The position numbers and the translations under genes were made by a program. A DNA stretch of 60,035 nt, filler included, from Diploschistes diacapsis (lineage: Eukaryota), in assembly GCA_023645945.1 (NCBI GenBank). It is 5 parts of 5 records of this genome, joined end to end, with 100 filler letters (N's around TTAATTAATTAA, not from the genome) between each part and the next. Parts side by side here need not be neighbours in the genome. Positions count along the whole stretch, not along the records: positions 1 to 30,164 come from JALAIB010000129.1; 4 more parts are not named here. One strand, given 5' to 3'. Below the pieces are notes generated by a model. That model ran no database searches. It was not told the DNA's origin and was given only the letters and a program-made list of their open reading frames with translations. Shown piece by piece: positions 12,785-24,954 of the stretch (positions are counted from its first letter, which is position 1; each line of letters opens with the position of its first letter).

Positions 12785-12890
12785 CAGCACTAGGCCAAAA
12801 GTAGTTAGGTACACCATAAGCGGCAGTAAAGAGTTGACTGTCTCTTTACTGCCGCTTATGGTGTACCTAACTACTTTTGGCACCTGACTG
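12785..12890. mobile_element. 106-bp foldback Tc1/impala-like MITE
   Basis: Perfect 40-bp arms (12794-12833 and 12842-12881) around an 8-nt loop. Termini CAG..N6..GCCAAAAG, TA on both sides, inserted in a (CATA)n tract. Confidence 0.75.
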
Positions 12891-12983
12891 TACATCCATA
12901 CATACATACATCGTCACTCAATGAGTGACGGCAATGCTGGAATTGGAAGACGTCTATTGGCCGGCCGGGTAAAAGTACTACGG

Positions 12984-12989
12984 GGCTAA
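12984..12989 (+). promoter_or_regulatory. GGCTAA XlnR/Xyr1-type site (an inverted TTAGCC is at ~12729)
   Basis: Consensus hexamer in the GH5/GH6 divergent promoter. It is short and could occur by chance. Confidence 0.3.
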
Positions 12990-13662
12990 TCCCATAACGC
13001 TCTAGCCTTTCCCAATAATCTCATCTTAACTCTAACTTGAATCTCCGAGTTCCTCCGAGTTCCTCCGAGTTCGCTTCAACTCTCCACCTTCCCCTTTTCA
13101 ACTCCTTTTCTTATCTACTCCATGCTCCTGCTCCTGCTTCTGCTCCTGCTTCTGCGCATAGAACTTGTACTTTGTACCTACTGGACGATCTGCAAGTAAT
13201 GCCACACACACACCAGCTGCAACCGACATCTCTTCAGCCGCAGAATGGGAGACAAAGGCCGGAGTGTTCGACCAATCAGCGAAAACTGCCCCTTTGGCCC
13301 AAGTCAGAATCAACACCATATAAAGTTGACAGTTACTGCAACTTGAATCTTGTGAAGCCATCCTAATGCAGGTTCAAAGTCCCTCTAAAGTCTAATTGAC
13401 TGCCAGAGCCCGTCAGGTGCATCGAGCCAGCAGAAGTCTAAGTGTTCGTTTGCCGCGCGAACCCATATCTGTCCGAATACGCGGCCTTTCACTACGCTTC
13501 CAAGGTGATGTTGAATCTTAACAAGGCCATTCTCGCGCTGTTTGCTCCTATAAACATTCTGTCTTTCCGCTACTATCCTTCTTCCTTGCAAGTACCTCTC
13601 GTTCACAAACCTTCAAGTCTCTTTGTTCCTGTTCCTTCCTTTGTCTTTGGCGAGAGCCAGAG

Positions 13663-15051
13663 ATGCTCTCCTTCGCTATTCCATTTGTTGCCCTCGTGGC
13701 GGTGCTTGCACCAGTCCGCGCCCAGGTGCCTGAATATGGGCAATGTGGTGGCATTGGCTACAGCGGATCGACCCCATGTGCTTCGGGAACGGTCTGCAGC
13801 TCCGTTAATGCCTACTACTACCAGTGCCTGGCCGGTGCGGCTACTTCCCCTGGCGGTGGTGCTTCTCCAACCACGATGAAGACCACAGCGGCCAGTCCGA
13901 CCACTCCAGTGGCCTCTCCAACCACCACCGGCGCCACCGGCTCCAGCGGCAGCGCTGTCGGATACGCCAGCAATCCTTTCGCTGGCAAGCAGATCTACGC
14001 CAACCCCTATTACTCTTCCGAGATCCATTCCCTGGCCATCCCATCCTTAACGGCACCATACAACGCTTTAGCTACGCAAGTCGCTGAGGTCGGCACATTC
14101 TTCTGGCTCGACCAAGTTGCCAAGGTTCCAACCCTCGGCACCTACCTTGCCGATATTCAGGCAAAGAACGAGGCCGGCGCTAACCCTCCCATCATCGGTG
14201 GTTTCGTTGTCTACGATCTTCCCGACCGTGACTGCGCCGCCGCCGCCTCCAACGGAGAGTTCTCCATCGCCGACAACGGTGTTGCCAACTACCATAACTA
14301 CATTGACCAGATTGTCAGCCAAACCAAGGCATATCCGGATGTCGACATTGTCTATCTGGTCGAGCCCGACAGCTTAGCGAACCTGGTCACCAACTTGAAC
14401 GTTGCCAAGTGCGCCAACGCCGAGACCGCGTACAAGCAGTGTGTCACCTACGCTATCCAGCAGCTCAACCTCCCCAACGTCGCCATGTACCTTGATGCAG
14501 GACACGCCGGCTGGCTCGGCTGGTCCGCCAACATCCAGCCTGCTGCCCAGCTCTTCGGCTCGCTTTACGCCGCTGCCGGCTCTCCATCCCAAGTTCGTGG
14601 TCTGGCAACAAACGTCGCCAACTACAACGGCTGGAGCCTCGCCTCTGCCCCGTCCTACATCTCAGGTGACTCCAACTACGACGAGAAGCTGTACGTCAAC
14701 GCGCTCGCCCCCCTCCTCCAGGCCCAAGGTTACCCAGCCCATTTCATCACGGACGTCGGTCGAAACGGTGTGCAGCCCACTAGGCAACAGGCGTGGGGTG
14801 ACTGGTGCAACGTCGTTGGCACCGGCTTCGGTGTCCGCCCCACCACCGACACCGGCGACGCACTGGAGGATGCATTCGTCTGGGTCAAGCCCGGTGGAGA
14901 GTGCGACGGCACGTCCGACACCACCGCCGCCCGCTACGACTTCCACTGCGGTCTCACGGACGCTCTTCAGCCCGCTCCCGAGGCCGGAACCTGGTTCCAG
15001 GCTTACTTTGCTCAGCTCCTGCAGAATGCCAACCCGCCATTCGCCTCGTAG
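13663..15051 (+). CDS. cbh2: Cellobiohydrolase II, CBM1-linker-GH6, intronless, 462 aa
   Basis: Signal peptide, CBM1 ([16 protein letters not shown]), T/S linker, [42 protein letters not shown] (TATAAA) near 13548. Confidence 0.97.
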   Translation: MLSFAIPFVALVAVLAPVRAQVPEYGQCGGIGYSGSTPCASGTVCSSVNAYYYQCLAGAATSPGGGASPTTMKTTAASPTTPVASPTTTGATGSSGSAVGYASNPFAGKQIYANPYYSSEIHSLAIPSLTAPYNALATQVAEVGTFFWLDQVAKVPTLGTYLADIQAKNEAGANPPIIGGFVVYDLPDRDCAAAASNGEFSIADNGVANYHNYIDQIVSQTKAYPDVDIVYLVEPDSLANLVTNLNVAKCANAETAYKQCVTYAIQQLNLPNVAMYLDAGHAGWLGWSANIQPAAQLFGSLYAAAGSPSQVRGLATNVANYNGWSLASAPSYISGDSNYDEKLYVNALAPLLQAQGYPAHFITDVGRNGVQPTRQQAWGDWCNVVGTGFGVRPTTDTGDALEDAFVWVKPGGECDGTSDTTAARYDFHCGLTDALQPAPEAGTWFQAYFAQLLQNANPPFAS

Positions 15052-15239
15052 ATGGGCTTTGTAGGAAGAGAGGACGAGCTTGGGCTCTGCTTCTTGTATA
15101 TATTGAACTTCTCTGTACATGAAAAGAAACGGAAGAACATTTCGGACATCGTTGCAATCGTGACAAAAATAATTACCGTCTTTTCACCTGCTCCAAGGCA
15201 GGTAAGCGTAGGGGTCCCGACATCGATGGCGCGGCTCCT

Positions 15240-15390
15240 TTCGCTGCCGGTGCTACGACCGCTGCGGCTTCGGGCGGAAGCATGGCCAAGTACGGACAGT
15301 GTAGTGGTATCGATTGGGCTGGCTCAGGGACTTGCGCTGCCGGTAGCACGTGCCCTGTTCTTGATAGCTACTACTCGCAGTGTCTGGAAA
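15240..15390 (+). pseudogene. Orphan C-terminal linker + CBM1 relic
   Basis: AAGATTAAASGGSMAKYGQCSGIDWAGSGTCAAGSTCPVLDSYYSQCL, with no catalytic domain or signal peptide upstream. Confidence 0.8.
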
Positions 15391-16351
15391 CACAGAGCTC
15401 TCGATTCTTTGCACATATTGGCCAACCATTTGTACATACCTACGTCGCTTTCATCATCTGCCTCGTTTCAAGCTGCCATCGCCTCCCGAAGCCTCTACCC
15501 TATCCATCCCAGGCGGGCTAGACTTGTGGGAAACCAGTCAAGCACAGGCGACTGGGGAAGATGGCGGTGCTGTACGAAATGTTGATGGAGACCCTGGACA
15601 GGGGGCGGCGGATAAACACAACGGCAGGACGGGTGGCAGGACGGGTGGCTGGACGCAGGGTTGTAAAAGTTGTCAATCTATAATCTATACACCACACCTT
15701 GTCTCGTTTCCTAATTTGTCCGCTTTTTCACCCTGTTGCTAACCGGAATATTTCAGGCTTCTCAGCATGGAGTACCGTGATGACCCACCAATGCCGCCAT
15801 TGAAAAATGATAAGTAGATTGGCCTTCATAATAATGGAGACCGTGTGGAATAAGAAAAGAACACGAAGTCCAACACTTGCCGGTATGGAACTATTCATCC
15901 ATTTCATCATCTTTCTCGATAGTGGTGAATAAAGAAGCTTGTTTCATTTCAAAAACTGCTGTTTGTCTCACAGGTCTAGCTTCTGATAATCTACCGATTC
16001 TTAATTTACTTGTCTCACTTCGATAGATGGTCGGTGCACCGATCCGGCATGAGTATTTTCTACGCTATGAATTTTCTTTCCATGTTTTGAGCTCTTGCTC
16101 TTCTACCGACGTGCAATCACTATAGATTATTGTCAAGCAACCATCTGCTTCGGTAGCGAGCAGAGTGGGCAGCCTTTGCTATGCTGCCGTCTTGGCCCAA
16201 GCCATGGTGAATACACGGCAATCTCTTGTAAACCCGGAACCTGTTTCAAGACTTTGCCGTGTCCCTCCTTTCTCCCCCTTGTCGATACCTGCATGTCGGT
16301 CCTGCACTCTAAGCCAAGCAGCCTGTCCTCATTGCACCTTCAACCGCAAAC

Positions 16352-16700
16352 ATGAAGGTTCCTTGCAATGCGTTCGCCCTCTCTGCGCTTGTTCGCTCGG
16401 TCAGCGCCCACTACATCTTCGCGTGTTTCAACGAAGACGTCATGTCCAACGCGCCCACCATCGCCACCCATGTACGACGGCTTCGGCGACTAGTTCAAAG
16501 TCATAGACTTCGGCCCGAGCTTTACGAGCGGCAGCACCAACTGGTCCGCAACCCAGCAGCAACAGTACTCTGTCGAGATCCGCAGCTGCATCCCTGCGGC
16601 CCGCTATCTCCTCCGCCCGCAGTCCCTCGCCATCCACAACCCGTGCTCTGGGTACCCAGCAATCTTATGTTGAGTGTGCTCAGATCGCAGTCGCAGGAGA
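16352..16700 (+). pseudogene. AA9 lytic polysaccharide monooxygenase pseudogene
   Basis: Signal peptide ending VSA followed by HYIF (His1), then an internal deletion. After a frameshift it reads YDGFGD*FKVIDFGP..CIPAARYLLRPQSLAIHNP..QSYVECAQIAVAG, with TAG at 16491 where Trp is expected. Confidence 0.88.
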
Positions 16701-19136
16701 GCTTAGAAAGGCGCTTTCGCCGATTGCGAGCTCTCAGGCTTCATTATGGGGACTGGGCCAGGTGTATATGGTCCCAGTTTCCGTCAGAAGGTTGTTTTTC
16801 AATTCGCCAATCGATGAAAAGTAAATATTTAGGAACCAACGTCCAAAGGCTATACGGTGCCTGGAACAGCTGTGTGTCTGCGTACTAGAAAGCGTCTAGA
16901 AGATGCCGTTTAACTATGTGTGCCTAGTTTCGGCGATCTGTGCATAGGTACAGGGGAGGCATGTGGAAGGCATTGCGCACTGGACATGGCGATTTGTACA
17001 TATATACACCGGCAAGCTGTAAGCACTGATTGCTATACAAGCAATGAATGTTCAAATAGCTCTACGTTCCCGTACCGGCAGCAAGATATGATTTTTACTC
17101 CTAGCTGAAATGAAGAAAATGCTGGGCTCCCCCTAATCGCTAGAAATTCCCTGATTTGGAAAGTTTCTTGGCGAGCCCCCAGAGGTTTTTTGAAAATTTC
17201 TCGCTTTCAACCTGACCTCCTTCCTACATTATAAACTGGAAACAACAATTAGCCATTGCGAATTCCCCGCAATGAATTCATTATCTACTATCACACCATT
17301 CCCGTTCTCGTCTGGTAAGGCCGTATGTTTGTGTAGCGGTCGCCCCGAAAGTCTCCCAAAGCTGATAAGCCGGTTCTGGGGAAACAACTTAACGGACCAA
17401 ATGACGGGAATTATTGCACCACACGTCTCGATCTGGCCATTTTAGCCACCATAATCGTTATGTTTTGCTCCATAGGTTGCTTGGCCCTCTATGGTGCTCA
17501 CTCGTTTTTCTCGCTTGGCACTTGCGGTCCTGCGATCAAGTATCGACTCCTCTACTTATAAAGTGAACCGGAAGGATGCCGAGATAAGGTGAATAGTCTA
17601 TCAAACAGTGTTTTCCCGGAATCCATGAGGGACGTTACGGCCATACTCTGTTTTTTTATATTTTTCTTCCTTGTCTTTGCTTTTGGTTCGCATCTACACT
17701 GATTATGTTCATCTTACTGTGTCTCTCTGCCGTCTTGACCAACACCTCAAGACCGGGGCCTTGCTATGAAGGCCTTTGCACTTGCTCCCGCCACACTTTT
17801 AAGACGCCCTCACCCGCATGGTCCATGCCCGTCGTAATAATAACCCTGTGGGGGTATGCCGTTGCCGATCCCTCGCACGATGGAGGAAGACAAGTCACCA
17901 TCCAACATAGAATTTGTGACACTTGCTCTCGAAGCCTCTCAATAGCAACTAAACATGGGCCTGCAACGGGCGGCGCCAACCAGATCTCGCCATCCACACG
18001 TGATCACGGCGGGAGCTGGCTCGGAGCCCAGCTGGCCTGGCGACACACAACTCACCGACGGACCAACCGATACCATCCCACCCAAGCCACAAGGGCCCGA
18101 GCACGGCTTACACGAAAAAATGTCCCCCCAATGCCGAGACAGACGTTGGGTACGGATCCGGCCGGTTCAAGATTTAGAAAGGTAGCTGTTTCGGGAGAAG
18201 CATGGGGGTGGGGTGTTGACCGCTCGGCCCGCGCACTTCAAACGTGTACACTGTCTCGGCTGCCAATATCCACATTCAAATCCGTCGGAGACGGTCTCCA
18301 AAAATGTCACCATCCGCAGCTGCATCGCGCCGGGGCCAGTATCTCCTGCGCTGGGAGAAATCATAGCCCTGCACGCAGCCACCAGCGGGGGGCGGTGCGC
18401 GGTTCTACAGGGCGTGGTGCCGCAGATCACGGTGGTGGGTGGTTGCGGGTTGCGAAGAGTCCGGCGACGGTGTGCCGATCCGTGGCGTGTACAGCGTTAC
18501 GGGATCTGGGTAATATGTATAATAGGGAATATATATCTATAGACTGAGCGCGAATAGTACTTATGAACTTCCGGGGCCTGCTTTCCCTTACTTGCTAGAC
18601 GGGCGAACTAGTAGGCTTGGGGAATTAAAACTAAGTCAATTGGAAGTTTTTTTTGTACATATGCATGCCAGCCATATCGTGAGGGGCATCTATGCTTTCC
18701 TACTATAGCGCACGGGCCCCGCTACGTAGAAAGGGATAGCTGCAGATGGCCCCGAGTCGGCTGAGTAACTGGTAGAAGGCACGCCCAACGTGGGGATGCG
18801 ATACGATGGTTTGGCCCAGTCTTTCGGGCATGAAACATATAACTCGAGAGGAATCGTCCTTGGGACCAAAGAGGGGAAGTAGGCTGCGAGGGGGGTAGTT
18901 TTTCATTATCCGGGGCAAAAAGCCAAACTGTTGGCATATATGTAACGGTAGGGGCATGTCCTGCTCCGGAGATATTGCTGGTAAGATCCTTCGAGGTGTA
19001 TTATTTTAGGATGTGGTTGGCGCTGGTGGCTGCGCATCTGTGTGGTTGCCGGTTGTGCTGACTTTGTTTGGCGCGGTGATGGTATGTCTTTCCCGCGATT
19101 TGAGAGAAGGCGTATGAGTTGTGAACTCAGCTAAAC

Positions 19137-19166
19137 GTGTTGTGTGTGTGTGTGTGTGTGTGTGTG
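19137..19166. repeat. (TG)n microsatellite
   Basis: Directly visible. Confidence 0.9.
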
Positions 19167-20465
19167 CGTATGTATGTGGACCAGGGAGCGACGGTGGGCT
19201 CGATGAGGATCTCGTGGCGAAAGAGGTACCGCGCGCTGTTGCCCGGATGATAGTTGCCACTCCAACGAGTATCAATTTTTTTTCTTTTCCGTTTACGGCC
19301 GGCCCAGGTCAGTTTTCTTTTGTATAATATCAGTTTCATCCATGCCGTCTTTTTTCTCTCCTCAATACGCTGTTCCTTCTATTGGCTACTGCTTGGCCAA
19401 CCCATCGCGTCCTCATACGAGCCCCTGCGCCAATGCAGGCATTGACCCCAAGTCCTCAAGTGGGCACGTGACTCTCCATCCCAAAACAACGGAGTATTGC
19501 TGGTGGTCTTGTCGTCTTTATTGTAGAATTTGCGACCCTTATAAGTCTGAAAGCAGTACCCACTTCTCCTTCACTGCCTAGATTGCTGTCAGAAGTAATC
19601 CCAGCAAGAGACATGGATTCAGGAGATCCTCTTTCCCGGCTCCGCATCGGTTTATGGCTCAATGATGATGGAGACACAAGACTGTCAAAGTTTCAAGCTG
19701 CTTCTGCGCTTTATTCCGGTTCCAGGCCCTTGAATCATTTCGCGCCATTCTTCCATCTGCACTACTGAAACCGCGTCAGAGTGTTTCCTGCCCGTGTGAG
19801 GCTGCTTGTAAAGGCAAGGCAATCATCCTTTTACACTCTGGAAGACACGTACAAACATCTTCCGTTGTATACTCTTTGAGTTCTATTTTCTAATCAACAA
19901 CTAAAGTGTTGACTGAATATCTTGCATGACAAAGCATGATAAACATGTGTTTAAATAGAAGCTTGAACGCTTCAATGAAAATGTCTGGGATGAATGCATT
20001 TTAAGAATTTCCTGCCAAGTTTGTTCTGCGAAAAGATCTCTCCGACTGACCGAATCTATGGGGTTCTCTGAGCCAGCTTCATGCTACAGACGTTCCAAGC
20101 ATTCAGGACCACTTCCAAATCGTTCATGTAGACGCGTAGACTCGAAAATCAAAGCACTTGCCCAGAGCCAAGGCAAGCAGCGGATCGATCAAGCTATACA
20201 GTCGTTACTGGAACAAGCCGAGTATCTAGAGAGATAAATGAGGCTCTTTAAGAAATGCTGGAGTTAAAGTCCAAGGTTGCAGCATAGAGTAGGCCCTTGA
20301 ATACGCCTCCCTACAGCAACTCGTTATGGTAACTGCCTCATCAGATGGCAGAATGTGAGCGGAAGGTGAAAACAAGAAACCTCTGTTCGTCTAACTCGCT
20401 CAGCTACAAGGTTATGCGCCTTAAAATTCCCGCCAAATCAGTCAGAATACTTAGAGGAACGGTGG

Positions 20466-22212
20466 TTAGTTATTCTTCAGAGTGTCTTCCGCGTTGAACT
20501 CTTCCATCTTCCTCACGATGAATCTCATCGCTGTGCCATCACCCATATTGCAGATTTGTGCATGTATTAGGCGCATCTGGTACTCGTTAAGCGATATGAA
20601 TCGACTAAGGATATAATCAAATGCGGTATGGGTGTCGCTGTTACCTTTGAATCCAGGAAGGTGTTGCCTCAGTGGCGACGTGGATACTTTCTCCGAGAAG
20701 GCGTCCCATCCAATGAATATCAGTATAACTCCTTTCTCTCTCATCCACGGAGAGTTGATTAAAAGGCCAAAGCTTTGCAGGGCGGCTTCTATTCTGTTGC
20801 TGCTTGTGTTACCTTCAGAGGGTGGTTGATCATAGCAAGAGAGGTCAAGGACGAAGATCACGGCAAGTACAGGCTCCAAAAGGGGGAGCAGCCGCCAGCG
20901 CAGAAACGAAGCATCGTTCCAGCACCAGTCTCCCACGCTGTCGATGAAGAGGTAGTCGAGGTTTCCAATTCTGAGACGACGCTCATCAACCTGATTCGGG
21001 GGACGAGTACTCAGGATGTCCGAATGTGTTGGATGGTAGTCAGGATCAACCGCCTTCTCAAGACATTGCAGAAGGCTGCTTGAGTTAGAAGTCCGGGAAG
21101 CGCAAGAAGCTCTGATGATCAGACACTTACCGATAATCAAGGTCGCTGGACCATTCGCCGACAAGCATTTGTACTTGGCCATCGTTTAAAAACCCTCGCA
21201 CGGCTTCGACTAAACCCAAATCCAATCCCACAGTATCATGGGCAGCTAGCTTCTGGCATAAAACGCGCACGCTATCAAGGTCTATGTGTTCTAGCGTAAG
21301 ATCGACGTCCGCCAGGTTATCAACAAACATTTGGAGGCGGGAAGCAGATAGGCTTCTCACTTTCTTGTGCCATTCGAGGTCATCTTCTACTGACACTGCC
21401 TCATAACTCTGTAGCAGACCCGAAAGGACCACTTGCTTGGTACGGCATTCTCCTGCGAGAAGGATCTTGACTTCAAAACGACTCCGCTTGCGTGACACGC
21501 GAAGAGATTTCTCAATCTCCATGGTTTTCTTAGAGAGGCAGATATTGGTGCTCAAAAGCTCCTTATCGAATGCAAACATCAGAGAGAGCTTAGACAGCCC
21601 ATCGGTACAACAGCTGAGTACTGACGTCGTATCACGATGAATGTACAATGACGAAGAATCGTCCCTAACTCGCTTCATCATTTTTCGTGTGCTTGGTTTG
21701 CGCAACACAGCGTTCTGCTGCGACATGGTTTGGCTGAGATTAAAGTCAGAACCCAACGTTGATAACAGGGCGTTGGGAATACCAGTTGCACGCAGTGAGA
21801 AGCAGGGTCAGGGCATTTGTTTGTCGCTCAAGCATCTTTTGCACCTCCTCCATTGACCTGCCGCCTGCTGTAAGCTTCGCCTTACTGGCAGCATCCAGAC
21901 TGGCATCCTCTTAAGGTGGAGCTTTGAAAGCTGAAGGTCTATTCTGCTAACGAGCATCTGGCAGCATCTCATGGAGGAATCCAATTCTATAACGAGTTGA
22001 CGATGCGCGTCCTCTATCTCTGATAGCATCCATTCGTGAATCTTGTTTAATGCAGCTTTCAGGGTGGTAAGCTGAGCGACCATGTTCAGGAACAGAAAAT
22101 CCGCGTCTCTCCATCGGGAGTAAAGGGTATGCAATGAGTTGATCATCGAGTTCAAGGACTTGACGATATCGGCAGCAGCCCCAGCTGTTCCAATGAAACT
22201 GACAGGATCCAC
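20466..22212 (-). pseudogene. HeLo-like/SesA-type helical N-terminal domain fused to a degenerate G-protein alpha domain (pseudogene, or gene with a sequence error)
   Basis: (V)DPVSFIGTAGAAADIVKSLNS..LTTLKAALNKI N-domain. G-alpha-like segments EVKILLAG, DYHPTHSDIL, AVIFVLDLSCYDQ, NRIEAALQSF..INSPW, YILSRFISLN. Introns at ~21734-21782 and ~21076-21130. The start is GTG at 22212 and there is a frameshift at ~21912. Confidence 0.72.
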
Positions 22213-22565
22213 CCTGGTGACCCTTTGATTGTCCTCCGTCTGGTTCAAGAGCGAGAAACCGGCAAAAGACGGGGATGCAGGCAACGCCTTTCATGACAGA
22301 AAAAGCTAACGAGTGGCGACAAGTTGCGAGGGAATAGCGTGCAGCTCCTCCCAGATGATCATGCTGGCGCCATCGTTGTGCAGCATGGCATGCTCCGCTC
22401 GGCTGAAGTGAAGGATGGGTCAATGGATCCAGTGGCAAGTCTAATTTGTAACAAGGCTGGCATGACCGCCTCGTTCTTGGGGCTATTGGTTCACGAGTGT
22501 AGTGTGTCCCTGCAGATCTGCCGTTTCTTCAGCTATGCAGCTGAGTACAGAGTCGATCCTTAGGG

Positions 22566-22720
22566 CCCTTGACCCCTTGACGAGGCATCAGGCTCCTTTT
22601 CCGGCACAGACCAAAGCAGGGGATCTCGTCCATTAATATACCCTAACATACCCCCTGGTTTGGTCTGCGCTGCCCCAGAGGGAGCCTAATGCCTCGTTCA
22701 AGGCGGCAAGGGGTCAAGGG
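22566..22720. repeat. Imperfect inverted repeat (~60-bp arms), possible MITE or hairpin
   Basis: Left arm CCCTTGACCCCTTG..CGAGGCATCAGGCTCC..CAGACCAAA is mirrored by TTTGGTCTG..GGAGCCTAATGCCTCG..CAAGGGGTCAAGGG. No clear TSD. Confidence 0.65.
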
Positions 22721-23443
22721 GTTGACTCTCTGAAGAACAAGTCATCATCATCCGAGCAGCTACGAAATTGGCATCTAGCTATTTTGGTAGAGAAAGATCA
22801 TCGGACTCCAACGAGCAACAGATGAGCTACTAGCACAGAGTTGCCAGATGTAGTGCCAGAATTCTTGCAACCTATTGCAGCTTCATATTCAAAATCCTTC
22901 GGAAAGAATTCTGCTGCAGCAGACATTTCCACCCCGATCTTCTGATTTTCGCCTAGACTATTTATTCCTACTTCGTATTCATCCTACTACGCCATCCTCT
23001 GACATCGACCATAGATCCTGGCCATTCCTGTCAAGTGGCTTTTATTTTCTACCTCGAAACGAAGATGAACGCTTGACAGCTTTGACTTATAAGAAGCACG
23101 ATGAGTGTGACACCTTGCCTGATCTCTAACAACGTCTCGCAAGACTGTTCTACATACAAAAAGCTGCCAGCTTGTCCATTCCACTTCGAAGGGGCGCCAC
23201 TCAACGCAGCAAGCCAGGGTCATTGGTACTGCATATGGATAACATCGTCTATCTACGAGGTTGGGGTGTCACCAAGTGGTGTAGCTGCAGAGCGCAAACG
23301 ATCGCCCTGCCTCGCAGAATCCCTACCAAGGCAAGAATCAGGTATTTGGTAGCCACCGAATCCGCCTATGACTCTCCAAAGTTTATTCTAGCGGAATTCT
23401 GTCCGAGTTGATTTTTTTGATTCATGGCTGGCAATGTCCCAAT

Positions 23444-24608
23444 TTATGGCTCTAGTAAGAGCTCGTCGGTCTCGCCATCACTCTGCTCGTGACTGGTTGG
23501 AGCGCCTGCTGCCCCTATGGCAGTTCTGATGCCGGTCAAAGTAGCATTAGGGATCTCTGGGAGGTCCAGGGCGCCGGACTCTCCGGTAGAGCGCCACCTC
23601 TTCGCTTTCCATTTTGCTCTCCAGCGCTCTGATGATTGGCGATTCTGGGGCGGCGACCGTTTTGACGAGTTGTTCATGAAGAAGGAACGAAATGCTGATA
23701 CCGAAATCATGATGACCGCTATACTGCACTCTTGTTGTTGCCAGAACGCGAGCCAGACAATGTCGACCGAGCCTCCCTCAAGCTTGATGGCTGCCATTCT
23801 TATCACTGCTACAATTGCCATGATCAGCGAAAGGCATAATGAAATAGCCACACCAAACTTCTGCTGGGCCTTTATACGGGTTCTTCGAAGCATGATAATC
23901 GGAATCGAGACCAGCAATCCGTCGCTCACTATGTCCAGTGAGGTTGTAATACCAGTATCCCGAAGCACCCTGTAAGTAGTGTCGGGAGTAGAACACGCTG
24001 GTAAAGGAATCAGTACAACAAGATCCAGCATTAGTCCCAAGCAAGAACTTACAAATCATGCCCTCCGTAGTGAAGTAGGGGCAAGTCAGCCAGCTGACAG
24101 CGACACAAACCAAGCCGGCGAGAATGGTGAAAACGATGACAAAATTGCACAACAGTCTCAAATCACGCACACGAGTGACGAGGCGTCGAAAAAACACCGC
24201 GAAAGCCAGCTTGACTGGGATAATGACAAGCCACCAGAGGGTAGACGCCGCATTCTCCTCCTTCGACGTCGTAGGAATCTCATTCAGCACGCCAAAAATG
24301 AGATCTGGCTCGGCACCATGTAACAAGATGGTAAGGATATCATACTGTTGCCCTATGGCAGCAAACGCAAGTCCAGTAGCTGCGATGAGAAAGATCACTG
24401 CGAAGAGAAGCAAGTAGTCGTCCGCCAGGAACCGTTGCATCACACGTATTCGGATGTAAGTACGGATTATATAGGTGACAATGGCAACACCAAACAAGGC
24501 AGCAGTAACGCCCTGCGAAATTTTAGCCCCAGAAGCCCGGTGGGCATTTCTACTAACTATGTTCGCGGCCATGCCTATGCGTGGCGCAAGCAGGTCCTGA
24601 TCTGACAT
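23444..24608 (-). CDS. PTH11-like (fungal rhodopsin-domain) seven-transmembrane receptor, no CFEM domain
   Basis: Hydrophobic helices with RTYIR..FLADDYLL, VKLAFAVFFRRL, LDIVSDGLLVSIPI, WQQQECSIAVI. Two introns (~24513-24557 and ~23999-24052). Confidence 0.85.
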
Positions 24609-24954
24609 ATTGATGGAAGAGGAGCCGAGTAGCAAAAGAGGGTATTGTGATAGGAAACTCTTATACGAAATGTGTTTCTCAGCGAAATGACATTCTTTGA
24701 ACGAGAAAGCAGACGGTGACTACGAGGCGATAAGACCAGGGGAGAGGGGGGGCAACGAAAGATATAATTTTGAGGAAGCAAGCAGTATGGCTGGAACTCA
24801 TGTCGAGCGTCGGCATGACGGAGGCGGAGTTGCTAATTATTTGCTAATTATAAATTGAAAATTGCGATGCATCAAAATCGTGTGAGTTGAACGCGATGCT
24901 GGCAACATGCAAAGATGAGGCAGATAGAACAGGCAATTGGTGCGGAACTGAGGG

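Noticed and set aside
14402..15120. Long alternative-frame and antisense ORFs over GH6 (similar ones over GH5, arginase and FMP25)
   Set aside because: These are shadow ORFs caused by GC-rich codon bias and carry no motifs.
17705..18547. 280-aa ORF
   Set aside because: No recognisable domain or coding-like composition. It is probably intergenic, though not excluded without a search.
19583..20440. Possible plus-strand gene relic (fragment DRIYGVL)
   Set aside because: Too short and broken to assign to a family.
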